Notes under the pieces: model-generated
Database searches by the model: none
What the model was told of the DNA's origin: nothing
Seen by the model: only the letters and a program-made list of their open reading frames with translations
Program-made: the position numbers and the translations under genes
In this document: positions 12,418 through 26,462 of the stretch, in pieces
Numbering within the stretch: the stretch's first letter is position 1
Layout of the letters: every line of letters begins with the position of its first letter
DNA from: Octopus vulgaris
Taxonomy: Eukaryota
Assembly (NCBI GenBank): GCA_951406725.2
Contig: OX597815.1
Span: 27,466,001 to 27,530,000 of the forward strand
Reading direction: 5' to 3'
DNA length: 64,000 nucleotides

Positions 12418-13204
12418 CAGTGTGCATACATATTTCTGTTGGTATAGATACTCAAGTATATATACATGTGGGTGTGTGTGTTTCTCCATGTCTTCACATT
12501 GTCACCATTTGAATGGAAACAGTGTCAGCGTTTATGTTTCCTGTAAACAATATTGTCTTGTACCTCATTAGTTTCACAAAGACCAAATGAGAAAAAATAC
12601 CTTACTTGAAGAAAGCAAATGAGGCTTGGCAACAGGAAGGGCATCCAGCCTTAGAATACTGCCTCAATAACTCTTGCCTAACCCATGTCAACAATTAAAA
12701 AACAGGCATAAAAATACTGATGCCAATACCATTTCTTGCTCCATATGACAGAATGATTATATGACTGGCTTCAGAAAGAAGTTTTTGTAAGGGAACAAAA
12801 ATACTACATTGAATTTATCTCCAGAATCTGACTGTTGTATGTATGAAGTGTTGCTTAGTCTTTGTAAGTACATTTCTACCCCTGAGGTCTGGTAGACATC
12901 TACATTCTTATTTTATTTCATTCATTGGTTTTTTTTTATTTTTATTCAACTGGTAAAATATTCATAATGATTTTTACAGAAGATTTGATCATCAAGAAAG
13001 ATAATGATTCATATGAGTTCCTGAGTAGAACAGAACAAAGTTTGGAAGGTCACCAATAGAATGAAAATTATTTTTAAAAAAAACACAGTAAAGAAAGATT
13101 TATTTAGGTTGGTGCACGCCCTAAATTTGTTGGATGACTAATTCATAAGGAATATATTCTACAATAAGTTGTTTAAGCTGTGTGCGCATGTGTATGCTTT
13201 AATG

Positions 13205-13242
<38 letters not shown>

Positions 13243-13244
<2 letters not shown>

Positions 13245-13607
13245 TGTAGGAGTGGCTGTGTGGTAAGTAGCTTGCTTATGAATCACATGGTTCCGGGTTC
13301 AGTCCCACAGCGTGGCACCTTGGGCAAGTGCTTTCTACTATAGCCTTGGGCCGACCAAAGCCTTGTGAGTGGATTTGGTAGATGGAAACTGAAAGAAGCC
13401 GTCATATATATGTGTGTATATGTTTGTGTGTCTGTGTTTGTCCCGCCCCCCCCAACATCACTTGACAACCGAACTTAACGGTTCGGCAAAAGAGACCGAT
13501 AGAATAAGTACTAGGCTTCCAAAGAATAAGCCCTGGGGTCGATTTGCTCGACTAAAGGCAGTGCTCCAGCATGGCCACAGTCACATGACTGAAACAAGTA
13601 AAAGAGT
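13243..13607 (+). mobile_element. SINE A
   Basis: ggtgtaggagtggctgtgtggt...gggttcagtccc head through aagtaaaagagt tail. Confidence 0.9.
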
Positions 13608-14439
13608 ATGTATGTAAGTACATAGCTGTGTGGTTAAGAAGTATGTAACTACATGGTTCTAGGTCCAATCTCAGTTGCACAACATGAGTATGCGTCTTAA
13701 ATACTTGCACTTAAATATTACTTACTGTAACAGTCTTACCATTTAAGACTGCTGTAGACTTAAATATCTTTTTTAAATCTCTTAGTCATGTGGGAAGGCA
13801 GTGCTTGTGATCCATTATCAGACTGCCTGATATTTGTAGGAAAGAAAGACAGTTAAAGATATTATCAAACTAGAGATCTGGTCTGAATGCTTCTAACAGA
13901 CTAAAGTCACCCAAGGTACCAGATCCCCCCTCACACACACACACACACACATGCACACACACACACACACACACACATGCACACACACACACACACACAC
14001 ACACCTCCCTCACAATTAGGCCACAACAGGATTTGAACACTCTGAATGCAAAGGTCAAGAACAAATACCACAGTGCATCTGATCCAGTTTTCTTAGAGTT
14101 TTGTGACACGGGCATGAGTGATTTATATGTGGCACCAGCACATGTTGATACATCCATGCCACATGGCACCCAAGTCACATACTCTTTTTATTGACACCAA
14201 AAGGATGAAAGACAAAATTCATTCTTTGACTATCATCTTTTCAGGGTCAATAAAGAAGCATTTGAACTCGGAGCTAATATAATCAGAATAAATACCATGA
14301 AGCAGTCTGTCCACTGGTTTAGCAACTTCCTAGATTGATCAATACCTTGTGAGGGAAATTTAGTAATTGAAAACTGTGCTGAAACCCAGCAAACACAGTA
14401 TATATATGCAAATATATGTATATAAGTATGTGTGTGTGT

Positions 14440-15270
14440 AAAAAATCATTAACAAAGCAAAGTTTGACCTTAGCAACAAAGATCAATCATTCACTGTATC
14501 TGAATGGAATGATAGCAACCGGTTAATATCATCATCATCATCATCATCGTTTAACATCCATTTTCCATGCTAGCATGGGTTGGACGGTTCGACCTGGGGT
14601 CTGGGAAGCCAGGAGACTGCACCAGGCTCCAGTCTGATCTGGCAGTGTTTCTACAGCTGAATGCCCTTCTTAATACCAACCACTCCAAGAGTGTAGTGTG
14701 TGCTTTTTACGTGTCACCGGCACAGGTCCCTGGCGAGGCTGGCAACAGCCATGATCGGTTGGTGCTTTGTATGTGCCACCTGCACGGAAGCCAGTCAAGG
14801 CAGCGCTGGCATCAGCTACGTTCGGATGGTACTTTTTACATGCCACCAGCACAGGTATCACAACTACAATCTCCATTTGATTTTTTGATGTTGATGTACT
14901 TGACTCAATAGGTCTCCTCAAGCACAGCAGGTCACCCTACGATCCAAGGTAAGCACAAAACCAGAAAAATATTCGCAAATGCAAATATGAACTGCAAAAG
15001 CAGAAATTTACTGCATCATCAAATGCCTGAATTGCGAAGAACTATATGTGGTCAGACTGGAAATACCCTATCAGAACATTCATGTGTGCACCAACAGCAA
15101 ATTTGAGATCCAGATGTCCATCAGATACCCTTGAGTAACCATCTAGCAACATGTGGTTGGAAAATATTTATAATATTTCCATTTCACAAACTACACAGTC
15201 CAAGAGAAATCCAAAGAAAAATCAGAGAAAAGAACTTTATTAATAAATTCCAACCCAAGCTAAATAAGCA
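14440..15270 (+). mobile_element. Penelope-like element GIY-YIG endonuclease remnant, interrupted by an RTE 3' UTR
   Basis: Frameshifted translation NMNCKSRNL / CIIKCLNCEELY / GQTGNTLSE...VHQQQI.DP / IFPFHKL...REKNFINKFQPKLN. Confidence 0.75.
14528..14945 (-). mobile_element. RTE 3' end (family B)
   Basis: (GAT)n tail; AVLEET-like ORF end at its 5' boundary. Confidence 0.88.
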
Positions 15271-15444
15271 ATACTAGTAACACTTAGAGGCATAATTTCT
15301 ATTGTTATGACCACTAGCAACAACAATACCAAATGTTCTCATGATTTTGATAGCAGGAAAATACCAGCTAAGTCAAGAGAAAAGTCAATAAAAATAATCT
15401 TATTTTAGGTGTAAGATTCTATTGCCACAGCTACTCCTACCACC

Positions 15445-15479
<35 letters not shown>

Positions 15480-16079
15480 TAATAAAGGTGATGATGATAA
15501 TCAAAATGTAAAGATCCCTGGGAAATGTTGTTTTCAACATTTCTAAAAATAGCCAAATAATCACTGCTTTGGCCAGGGTCAAAATACAGGTCTCTTGACA
15601 TGTTCAACAAACCATGACATCTAAACCAAACATCAGTCAACTGAAGTAATTTAATAAAGCCATACACTGATTGGTCAGAATACAGTTTGCAAAACTTAAC
15701 ATTTTGGAGCCTATACAAATGTATTTAAGGCAAACATTTTAACCATTTCACTACAATTATAGATTATAAAACATAACTGTTACCACTACTATATGAGCCT
15801 GAAGATTGCATAGTTTAATGCATGAAAGTACTAGTTCAATCAGAATGGACATTTAATATTCTATCATTTCATTATATTATATTATCTTATATTATATTAT
15901 TATAAGATTGTAAATAAGATGTGAAAATCAAACAAAATTGGAATTTCTTTGTGTAATATATATATATATATATATATATTCCATACCTGCCATCTCTGAA
16001 GAGCAAGCAGTATTACTTAACTATGCTGTTATCTAACATCTAGTTTTAGTACCCACTGGGAAACCAATTGATAACATCG

Positions 16080-16520
16080 GATGGAACAGAGACTTCTGGC
16101 GATTTGCTATGCTTGAGAAGAAATGTCATGCTAATTAAAATCATGGCTATCTATACATACAGGCATGTTCCTCTGTCATCCAAGAGGTCTTTGATTTGGA
16201 AATTCATGGATGCTGGTGCCACATAGTAAAGCACCTGTTTGGGGCCACATAAAAAGCACCCATGTCAATGGCATGTAAAAAGCATCTGTGCTGGTGCCAC
16301 ATATAAAATCACCCATACTGGTGTCACATAATAAAGCACCCATGCTGGTGCCACATATAAAGCACCTATACTGGTGCCATGTAAGAAGCACCCAGTACAC
16401 TCTGTAAAGTGACTGACATTAAGAAGGGCATCCAGCTGTAGAAAACATGCTAAATCAGACAATTGGATCCTGGGCACCAATGCATACCAACATGGAAAAT
16501 GGACGTGAAATGATGATGAT
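16080..16520 (+). mobile_element. RTE 3' end with expanded ~21-bp tandem array
   Basis: RDFWRFAMLEK ORF end, about 8 units of atgctggtgccacatataaagcaccc-like sequence, gaagggcatccagctgtagaaa, (gat)n tail. Confidence 0.85.
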
Positions 16521-16653
16521 ATATATATATGTACATCTGTGTGTGTATGCATGTATGTGTGCATGTATTTATGTGCATGTATATATATATATGTGTGTGT
16601 GTGTATTTATGTGTGTGTCTGCATATATGTATATGTGTGTCTACATGGATTTA

Positions 16654-16700
<47 letters not shown>

Positions 16701-16705
<5 letters not shown>

Positions 16706-16830
16706 CAGCCGAAATTGCTACGATGATCCGGTTCTTGACTGAAGATTGAGGGCTTCGAATGTCCCGTCCGTGTTTTTTGTATCGTCTTCTAAGTGTTTTG
16801 CGTTCTTGTCCCAGTTTGTATTTTTCTACA
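16701..16830 (+). mobile_element. Short element inserted in (TA)n; same family as 4968-5100
   Basis: ataatcagccgaaattg...ttcttgtcccagtttgtattt flanked by TA repeats. Confidence 0.7.
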
Positions 16831-16836
16831 TATAAT

Positions 16837-16874
<38 letters not shown>

Positions 16875-17377
16875 ATGTGAGTGTGTGTGTGTGTGTGTAT
16901 ACACACATTCACATACATGCACTATAAAAGGGTGCAGCAAGTTGTGTCACTTTACACCAAACAGTCAAACTTAGTCATTTGGTAAATAAAGAGCAAAGAA
17001 ATAAATGCCATGACTGAAATCCATGCTAACTTGGTTGATGTAACTGACTAAAGTTGTTACAGAGCAGAGGATTCCCTGGTGTAGCCATTTTCAGATCACT
17101 GAAACTAGTTAAAGAATAAAAGTGTGTGTGTGTGTGTACATGGGTGTATTATGCCTGCATATATATATTTACTGTAAGTGTATTGTGTATGTACATATGT
17201 ATTCGTATGTTATATATGCATGTGTGTGTGTGTGTGTGTGTAACTTCTGCTTAAGTATTATGCATGTGTGTATATTATGTTTGCACATGTTACATATGCA
17301 TATATGCCTATGTACTATGTGTACTTATGTATCTGCACTGCATGTAATGCATTAATATGTGTGTGTAATGTATGCAT

Positions 17378-17413
<36 letters not shown>

Positions 17414-17419
17414 GTGTAC

Positions 17420-18118
17420 ATTAATGACAGAGAAAGTTCAGCAGAAAAATGTTGCCAAAAGTTTGGTGATACCGGCTCAGAGGCCTATGCAAAGTTTTCC
17501 AAAAGTTTTCATCAGTCTCAACACAATCAAGGAAATCTTGTACAACTGAAACCCAAGTGTCTTTTTGGTCAGCTGGAAGCAGTTTTGCCACAAACTTGGC
17601 AAACATGTGTCTCATACCCAAATCTTCAGTGATAATGGACTGAACTGAACTGAAACTAATCTGCACATCCTCTGATAATTCACAGATGGTAATTCGACGA
17701 TTTACCCTCACAGCTGCATGCACATCTGCAATGTTTTTTCTCACTTCTGCTGACTGCAAGTCTCCCAGAACTTTTGTCCAAATCAACATTTTTTCAGCCA
17801 TCTTGGAAACGTCTGAACTACTCATACACTTGTGTGCGGCTCATACACTCCTCTCCATACACTTTCTGCAACTTTGCATAGGTCTCTGAGCAGGTATCAT
17901 CCTGACAACTTTCTCTGTTATGATCAATGCGACAATTACACGCTACACACCTTCCTTCCAAACACTGCAGTAAACAGTGGAAATGAGCTAGAACATTAAA
18001 ACTTGGTGTGCATGTACAACAGAGTTCAAGGTCAATCTGTTCCAAGTGGCTTCACCCAGCATGCTTTAGCTTCGTTCCAGTGGCAACTGTCCGGATACTT
18101 ATTGATCAGACCTCATAT
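17420..18118 (-). mobile_element. Mariner transposon 5' fragment (TIR plus decayed N-terminal transposase)
   Basis: SETYAKLQKVYGEECMSRTQVYE; NRRITICELSEDVQISFSSVQSIITEDLGMR..AKFVAKLL; TIR-like tatgaggtctgatcaataagtatccggac. Confidence 0.88.
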
Positions 18119-19406
18119 ATATGTATATATTTATGTGTGTGTGTTTTTGTGTCTATCCTACCATCATTGTTTGACAATCGATGTTGGTGTGTTTCCATCC
18201 CTGAAACTTGCCGTCTAGCAAAAAATGACCAATAGAATAAGTACTAGGCTTACAAAGAATAAGTCCTGGGGTCGATTTCTTTGAAAAAACCCTTTAAAGT
18301 GATGCTCCAGCATAGCCACAGTCAAATGACTAAACAAGCAAAAGAATAAAAGAATAAATAAGTGCTGGCTTTAGGAGGGGCATCCAGCTCTAGAGATACT
18401 GTCATACAACATCTTGTCTAACCCATACAAGTATTAGAAAGCAGATATAAAAACAATGATAGTGATGTGTACATGTGTGTGTAATATATGTGTGTAATTG
18501 AAGCTTTCAAATGTCTATGGCAGAACCTTATTCTCATGTGTGTGTGTGTGTGTGTGCATATGCACATATACATGAAATATAATTGGGACAACTTATAGAT
18601 TTTATTTAAAATCGTTAAATTGTATTTTTATAAATTGCTTGTCCAACAGCAGAGAAAAAGCAGGCATAAAAAGCACTGATGATGATACGTAGGAGTATAC
18701 ATCTATATGTGTATATATGCATATATACACACATACAAGACATGTATAACACAATTATTTACAAAATAAAATTGGGACATCTTACATAAATTTTATTTAA
18801 AATATTAATATTCTTCTTTTTATCTATAAATATTTAAAAAGAAAAATGATTTAATTTAAATTGAAAGTGTGCAGCCAGAATATATTTTTCGTGTAAATAA
18901 GAGTACAGGTCAAGAAAGTGGGTTATCTACAAGAAGATACTACAGAAGATATCTAATCAAAATATGAAATTATTAAAGTAGAAGCAACTCAAACACGCCG
19001 TGCAGGAATACCTGAAATAGTAAATATATGATGCTATTGATTTAATCCTTGTCTATGTTGGTTGGTAGTGGCTGAGTTCTGTCTTTCGAACTGTTACAAT
19101 TTTAGAAATTCCTCAGTTTGAAAAAAGTCTGCTGTTTTTGCCATATGTCAATTCTGATTGAATAATAGATTTATGATGATCAGAGATTATCCAACCATGA
19201 CCATCTCATTATGTAACTGAAACTAAATTACCTATCCAATATCTCTCTGCATTGTTTTTTTTTTTGCGGGGGGGGGGGGTTTCTAGAAAAAATAGTATCT
19301 ATATCTTTTACTTGTTTCATTTAATGAACCACAGTCATGCTGAAGCATCGCTTTGAAGAGTTTTTAGCCAAATACATAACCCCCCCCCCAATACTTACTG
19401 TTTTAA

Positions 19407-19628
19407 CCCTTTTGAGACCAACCCGGCTGAAACCAGCTCTGGCTCTGTAGTACAAATGTCTTGTTTTCGTAAGTTTTGAATTAAAATCTTCCACCAAACT
19501 TTAGTCACAATTTATGTACCTAACATTAGCTTAATGATAAATAAGTTATTTTACTAAATTCTTTGTTATATTTAAAATTGATTGAAAGAAACACAGAGCA
19601 TCTCAAAATAAATACAGTAACAAAAGGG
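19407..19628. mobile_element. piggyBac-type MITE nested in a decayed SINE A
   Basis: ttaa|cccttttg ... caaaaggg|ttaa (TTAA TSD, CCCT ends). Confidence 0.85.
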
Positions 19629-20159
19629 TTAAAGTCTAGTATTTATTTCATCAGTTTTTTTTGCCAAACTGTTAAGTTATGGGAATATAAAAACAAACCA
19701 ATACTGGTTGTCAAACAGAGGAAATGTGGGAGACAAACACACACACACACACAGATATTATCACCATTTAATGTCCATGTCCTATTTTGGCATAGATTGG
19801 ATGATTTGACAATGATCCAATTATCAAAAGATTTGCATCCTGCTATAGTGTCTACTTTGGAATGATTTCTACAGCTGGATATTCTTCCTAACATTGATCA
19901 CTTTATAGCATGTATTAGATGCTTTTTTTTTTATATACTGGTCAGCTCAGAGCTATAATAGTGAGTCTGTAAAGTCTGGCTGTCTTTTAATTTAAAAAAA
20001 AATATTGAGTATAAAGATTTAGTTTGAATACAAAATGCACTACAGAAAGAAAAAAATGATTTCTATAGAATATAAAATTGCATAAAGCTGTCTCAAGTGT
20101 GGTTATTGGATAAAGTACTCAATATACTAAACCAAGAGAAAAGCCTCTACACAGTTAGT

Positions 20160-20420
20160 GAGCTTGGTAGAAAAAGCAGCCTAGTCTCTCTCAAATCATT
20201 TCCTGCCTTTTCTTTCTCTATCTTAAGAAAAAATGAAACGGGGGGAAAAAAATGGAATACCACCTTGGGTGATGTAATTACAGATACACTGTCTAAAACA
20301 CAGGATGGTCACAGCTGAAACATACATTGTCTAAATAAGACATAGGATGGTCACAGCTGAAATATTCTTGGTCATAGGTCTGCTCTGTTGGATCTGACTT
20401 TAGTCTAAATAACAACAACA
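20160..20420 (+). mobile_element. Repeat family E with (CAA)n tail; similar pieces at ~30800-31095, 40590-40785, 61570-61785
   Basis: Shared ctagaaa..gcagc..ctcaaatca...ggtcacagctg...cataggt...ctaaacaacaac pattern. Confidence 0.6.
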
Positions 20421-20450
20421 GGCTCAAATTATTTTTCAATTATATGATTT

Positions 20451-20878
20451 GGATCTTTTTGGTTTGACTGGCAGTTTTTTAAAATAATTTCCAGATAACT
20501 AAACACTTTTAAACTTCGTATACTGGTAGAATGTGTTTATAAAACATCTTTTTCTCTTGGCTTTATTGAGAAAATTCTATAGTTTGTAAGATATTTGTTG
20601 GGTTTTTTTTCTGCAATTTCAACCAATCAATGACCGTCTATTGAGGTGAAAACATTCTGTGCTGTATGAATATGTCCCTTGTTTAAAGAAACAGATTGGA
20701 TTTATTTACATTTCTGAAGAAAAAAAGATACCCTTCCCCCCACCCCTACCCCTTACTAACTCTAACCCTAACCCTAAAACAGATTGAAATGCAATAGATC
20801 GATACTAGGGTCATAATTATGGGTGACAATTTCATATGACATCGCTAGAAAAAACTGCCATTGAAACCGAAAAGATCC
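20451..20878. mobile_element. MITE with ~30-bp TIRs and internal (CCCTAA)n
   Basis: ggatctttttggtttgactggcagtttttt / aaaaaactgccattgaaaccgaaaagatcc; taaccctaaccctaa at ~20763-20777. Confidence 0.85.
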
Positions 20879-21481
20879 TTTATTTTTGAAATTATATAAG
20901 GGATTATTTGATAAAATCTAATAGCTGATAGTTGTATATTTATCAAAATGGATGTAAATTGAACTGTAAACCGATCAAAGGCCCACTAAAACAGTCACTA
21001 GCTGAAAGATCAACTATTATGTCACCAAACATTTCTACTATGATTGACACTATACATGCACGACATCTACTATACACATATATTAGTAAACATGCTAGTT
21101 AGCCTGAAAAAAAGGGGAAGTAATAAAACAATATTGTTTGACTTCCTCCTCATCAATCTATACAAGTTCAACAACTAATTTGACCTCATCACTCTGGAAG
21201 TGACTGTAAAGTTTACATGCAGACATCACACTTCCTCTTCCATTGTTTTCAATTGTTGAGCTGAGAGTTATTGTCTCTTATTTGATTATTTTGTTGTTAC
21301 TTAGAGAAAGCTGAACTTCACAATCCTTTGACTGTGTGGACTTTAGCTTAAATAGTGTTTTGATGATGTAACCTAAATGAAATACATCATAATCAGTTTT
21401 GGGTTTTTTATGTCATTATGTCTGGAATTTTTTTATACTGCCATGTGTATGTATTCATACATACATATATATACATATATG

Positions 21482-21663
21482 ATAGATCATTAGCCACTAC
21501 ACACATTTTTTTTCTCTCCTTATTTTTTCTGTGTCCCTTTCTATAGAAGAGCATAGGCTCGAAACGTAAAAGACTTTTTCTATTCCTGAGCGTTATACTA
21601 ATACATCTGTTTGTTTTGTACACCACCTGCCTTCGTCTTTTGTTTTTTTCGTAAACTTTCCCT
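21482..21663 (+). mobile_element. ~180-bp TA-inserted element carrying a minimal hammerhead motif (21537-21572)
   Basis: cttt-ctataga-a-gagc/atag/gctc-gaaa-cg-ta-aaag; near-identical copy at 37865-38045. Confidence 0.75.
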
Positions 21664-22164
21664 ATATATATACATACATATACATAAGGCATTGCTATGT
21701 GGTTAAGATCTTTGCTTCTTGACCACATAGCTTTAGGTTTGTTCCCTCTGTGCAACACCTTGGGTGTCTTTTACTAAAACTCTAAAACTCAGGTTGACCA
21801 ATACCTTGTTAGAGACTTTGGTAAATAGAAACTAAAAGGAGCACATACAGGCACACACACACATGTGTATGTATTTATGCTCTTGTAATGAATGTTTCAA
21901 ATCTATACTGAGCTACAACTATGGCCATTAATGTCATTGTTTGTATCTCAGTTCACTGTTTCTGTATTTTAGAATTTCATTGGAACATAACAAAAAAAAA
22001 AAAACTTGAAAACCAAGTAAGGGTTGGTAACAGGAAGAGTATCCAGCCAGGTGACAGAAAAAGCATCCCGTCTCAGATACCTGCTCCATCTAATCCATAC
22101 TAAGATGGGAAAATAGATGTTAAACAAATGATCAAATATAGACATGCACAAGCACATTAAAAAT

Positions 22165-22695
22165 ATCCTTGTATCTAAAGCATCACCTTTACCTTTGTAG
22201 CAGTTGACTATGGTGCTGCTACACCAGTCATTGGGTATGACTCCTTCATGTATCACCTGGTGAACTATATGGGTGACTAGGCTATAGCCGACACCGCCAG
22301 ATATTTTGAGCATCTCTGCAGTAATTCCTGATGGGCTGGGGGCTTTCCCTGTCTTCATACTCTTAATTGCTTTATCTACCAAGGTACTCTTAATTCAGAT
22401 AGCTGGTCCCTCTGTTGGGTCAACATTCAGCAACTCTCTCTCTCCCATTCATTCTCTTTATTGAGCAACCTTTCATAGTGGCGTCTCCAAACCTCTCTTT
22501 TTGCAGCCTCGTTTAGTGCAAGTGAACCATCATCCATACGAACACATTTTTCTCCTACGACATCACGATTCTCTCTCACACACTGTCTTGCAACACGAAA
22601 TTCCTCAAGTCTTTGGTCTTCACAGCGCAGAACATTGGCAAACTTTTTCTTATCTGCTTCCCCTCTGGCTAAATAAACCTGTCTCCTAGCTTCCC
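22165..22695 (-). mobile_element. RTE LINE internal fragment (pre-RT and RT start)
   Basis: REARRQVYLARGEA...VWRRHYERLLNKENEW; VDKAIKSMKTGKAPSPSGITAEMLK...IPNDWCSSTIVNCYKGKGDALD. Confidence 0.92.
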
Positions 22696-22737
<42 letters not shown>

Positions 22738-23292
22738 GTAATGTGGTGATTGACGATTTAAAGTCTATTCTCAGCATATTGGCAGAGAATTTTTTTCTTT
22801 TGCCCTTGTTTATAAATTACATATATAAGATATATATATATATATATATATATATATCATAATATATCATGTGTTTGTGTATTCCCCCTCCACACACACA
22901 CACACACAAAACATACCTCACAAGACACAAATATATAAGTACTAAACTCATTTTTTGAGTTGAAATAGCTGAAATCTTTCACTTGTTTTTCATTTTCGTT
23001 AAAAAGATATTTGAAAAATCCCCCAATCTCTCTGACAGCTCAACAGCAATTAAATGAATGCCTGAAGGGAATTAGTAGCTCTTATTGCTATAAATATGGC
23101 ACAAACTAATCCAAAGACTCATTCTTCACTGATGTGAAGTGACACTACTAACAACAACAACAAAAACAACGATAACAGTCACTTGGTGTTTAGGAATTTA
23201 GATTATAATTTATTTTCAATTAAAATTTTGGCTTGTTTTTATTCCTAACAATTTTTTTGCTTGTTGTTGTTTGATAATATTATTCACCACCA

Positions 23293-23675
23293 CACATGGT
23301 TGTGTGGGTAAGAAGCTCATTTGCTACCTTGTGGTTTCAGGTTCAGTCCCACTACATGGCAACTTGGGTAAATGTCTTCTACTTTAGCTCCAGTCCAACC
23401 AAAACCTTGTGTGGGAATTTTGTAAACAGAAACTGTGTGGAAGTTTTTCATGTATGTGTATTTGTGTCTTTGTGTTTCTCCACTCTCCTCACCACTGCTT
23501 CTCATCCAGTATTGGTTTGTTTATATCCCTGTGCCTTAGCAATTTGACAAAAAAGATCAATAGAATAAGTACCAAACTTAAAAGTAATTATTGGGGTTGA
23601 TTCATTCAACTAAACCCTTCGAGGTGGTGCCCTAGCATGGCCACAGTGAACTGAAATGAGTAAAATGGAAAAGTT
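23293..23675 (+). mobile_element. SINE A (old)
   Basis: Diverged match to family A. Confidence 0.8.
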
Positions 23676-23870
23676 AAAAACATCATTATTATGATCCTCA
23701 TCTTCATCTCTTGCAGTTTTCATTTTGAGCCTTTTAATGATGTAATAAATTGGACATGTGTACAGTATTAACTCTTGCTCCCTAGCTGTCTTTGTATTTG
23801 TTCCTATGTATTCAATTTGTTATTTCTGCACTAGAAGTTTGTTCAAGTAGAACTGTTTGAAGATGGCCAG

Positions 23871-24380
23871 TACTGTAAATCCTCGAGTATAATCCGCATT
23901 TTTTTCCCAAAATTTAAAGGTCAAAATCCCTAGTGCGTACTATATACGGGGTTAAAAATGAAAAATATTTTCTAAGCAATGTCTCTATTTGCTGTCCGGC
24001 AATGTTTATTCAGACCCATTTTGTGATGTAGGGCATGAAAATACCTTAAGCTAAGCCTGAAAGCAATGAAGTCATAAAAGAATCATCCATAACTTGCAGT
24101 AAGCAACATTTATTAAACATTATTACTGTTATTTCTTTATTTTCTGCAAACAAAATGCACAAAAAAGCTACATGTTTGCATTATGTTATATGTACAATAA
24201 TAATAAAGGACGTTACCGTATACATTTTTACAAACCAAGGATGTTATATAGACCTCCTTGACTCATGTTAGAGAAGGGGTGCATATTATACATAAGGTTT
24301 AGGTTTTACAGAAGTACAGTCCCCTAAAAATCCCCTGCGTATTATACTCAATGGCGGACTATACCCGAGGATTTATGGTA
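23871..24380. mobile_element. TcMar (pogo/Tc2-like) MITE
   Basis: TIRs tactgtaaatcctcgagtata / tatacccgaggatttatggta, including TA ends. Confidence 0.82.
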
Positions 24381-25013
24381 TTCCAAAACAACAACAACAA
24401 CAAAATAGTTACAAGCTATTTTCCTCCACCATGTATTTATGAATTCATCTTCTACATAATATCACTGTTTTGGTTCAGTCTTACTGCAATATTGGTATTA
24501 CTTTCACAGTGATATTATTACTTCTATAACCAAAGGCCATTAACCTTCATTCACTATGTTTTACTGCAATATAACTTACTTCTGGCACATAATGTATCAG
24601 TTGTCCTGGCCCTTCCTACCTTTTCCTTAAACCAGTGATATTCTGATATTCTCCGTAACACTTGACGTTATGCTGTCACTGGCTTACACTTCTACCTTTC
24701 AACAGTTTGAAAGTTTTTGAGGTATTACCAAGTAAAACTAGTTCTGTTCTGGATTTGAAATGAGAGTGGGTGTTGTATAAAAGAATTAATCATGGAAAAG
24801 AATATATTACAATAAGTTGAAGCTATTAAATTCATTGCATGTTTTCTATTTAGATTAGCTTCAGACAGAAATGAAGTTGGACCTTAAAATGTACTGTAAA
24901 AATTAGGTTAATTGATATACAGGCTGTGGATAAAATAGCATGAAATTAAACTATTCTATGAAAAATAGACTAATTTAAAAAAGGAATGTCTCTACCAAAA
25001 CTTTCAGGACTCA

Positions 25014-25215
25014 TTAGCCCTGTAACATTTAAACTGGTCATATAAGGTTAAAATATTCTACCTGTTTTATGTTCAAACTGGCCAGATTTCACACCTACCT
25101 TACAAAGCCATTCTAAAAATAAACATCCACGTCATCAAAATCTCAAAGCTACAAGATAATGCATGATTAATTTTTTAAAAATGTGAATGACAGAATGTGA
25201 ATGCTAAAGGAGTAA
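25014..25215. mobile_element. Decayed piggyBac-type MITE (similar copy ~29070-29316)
   Basis: ttagccctgtaacattt ... aatgctaaagg; ends are degenerate. Confidence 0.5.
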
Positions 25216-26055
25216 GCTCAATATTTCTTTGGATTTAGTCATAAAAGCTTAATCTTTCTTTGGAAAGAACACAGGTATGTTGCTGATAATATTTTTCAAA
25301 AGATCCTGTAACTATTCCCACCAGCAGGTAAACTGAGTTATGAAGAATGAAATGCCTTTTTTCTGAGACACCTACAACACATTTGAGGTTACAACTTGGG
25401 AACAGATAATGAAATACATTACCACTTGTTTGTAAAGCAGGTGATGGAATAAAGGGAACCTTTTAAAGGTTGCTACTAAAGATGGCTAATCTTAGAATTG
25501 TGGGTCTCAGTCTTTTTCGCTTTTATGTTGCCCTAGAGATCAAATATAAAAAAAATACAGGTGTTCTTTGCATGGGAATTTTTTAAAAGGTCATTTTCAA
25601 GTTAAAAATTTATAGAAAACTATTGCTTACCTTATTTTATTAATCATATTTATGTATAACAAAATTATGAATAACATTGTGGATGGATAAAGACATTACG
25701 AAGTGCCACTCGCTAAAAGAGGAGGGAAGTTGTGGAAGAGGGAGACCCTTGAAAACACGTTCATCGTTTCCACTTAACCTATGGTGGCATTGCTGTTTCC
25801 AAAGTATATTTTAATTTCTCTATTAGTAATTTTACTCGTGTATCTATCTTAAAATGAGCTGCTTGGTGGAGGTCTGCGGAGGATGACATGACAAGCCTTG
25901 ACTATTGGGATCGACTCAAAAATCTCAGGCTTTGCTCCCTCCATCGCCGTTGTGAAACTAGCTTGCTGTTCTCATTGATGTATTATAACTGCTTCAGATG
26001 ATTCCTGTTTTTAAAGGGTTTTTTTTAAAAAATCAATTGGCTGTGTTATTTTTTT

Positions 26056-26185
26056 TTAACCCTGCCAAGGAGGTTATGTTTTTGCCGGCGTTGGTTTGAG
26101 AAATTGAGCGATTTTCAGTATGTGTGTATAGGGGTGGAAATGAGCTGCTTGGTGGAGGTCTGTGCTCTCCAAGTGCTTTTCTAGT
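26056..26185 (+). mobile_element. Helentron-associated (HINE-like) short element
   Basis: ccctgccaaggaggttatgtttt ... cttggtggaggtctgtgctctccaagtgcttttctagtt; subterminal inverted repeat, 3' hairpin, T-rich flanks. Confidence 0.65.
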
Positions 26186-26462
26186 TTTTAATTTATTTCA
26201 AATTCAGAGTTCAAATACTTTCAATGTATTTCCCCTTATCGCTATCAACCTAACTGTATAACTATCCATTCTGTTGACTACCTCTGTAATGACCAGATCT
26301 TCAGTCAAACAATATTTATCAGCTGAAAATTTTGAACTATAAGCCTGCAAATCATACAACAATTTAGTACATATACTCCTCTAAGGTCTTGTAGCTTGCA
26401 GAGAGTTTGTAAAGAACTAGCTGGTCAAAAATAACAGCCAAATGTAGTATTTTATATATAAA

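Noticed and set aside
13243-13320. tRNA genes
   Set aside because: A/B boxes belong to SINE heads; no complete cloverleaf.
16210-16400. CRISPR-like array
   Set aside because: Contiguous degenerate ~21-bp tandem units with no unique spacers, inside an RTE UTR in eukaryotic DNA.
16735-16765. ctgaagattgagggcttcgaatg as a hammerhead
   Set aside because: GAAA is incomplete and stem I cannot be closed.
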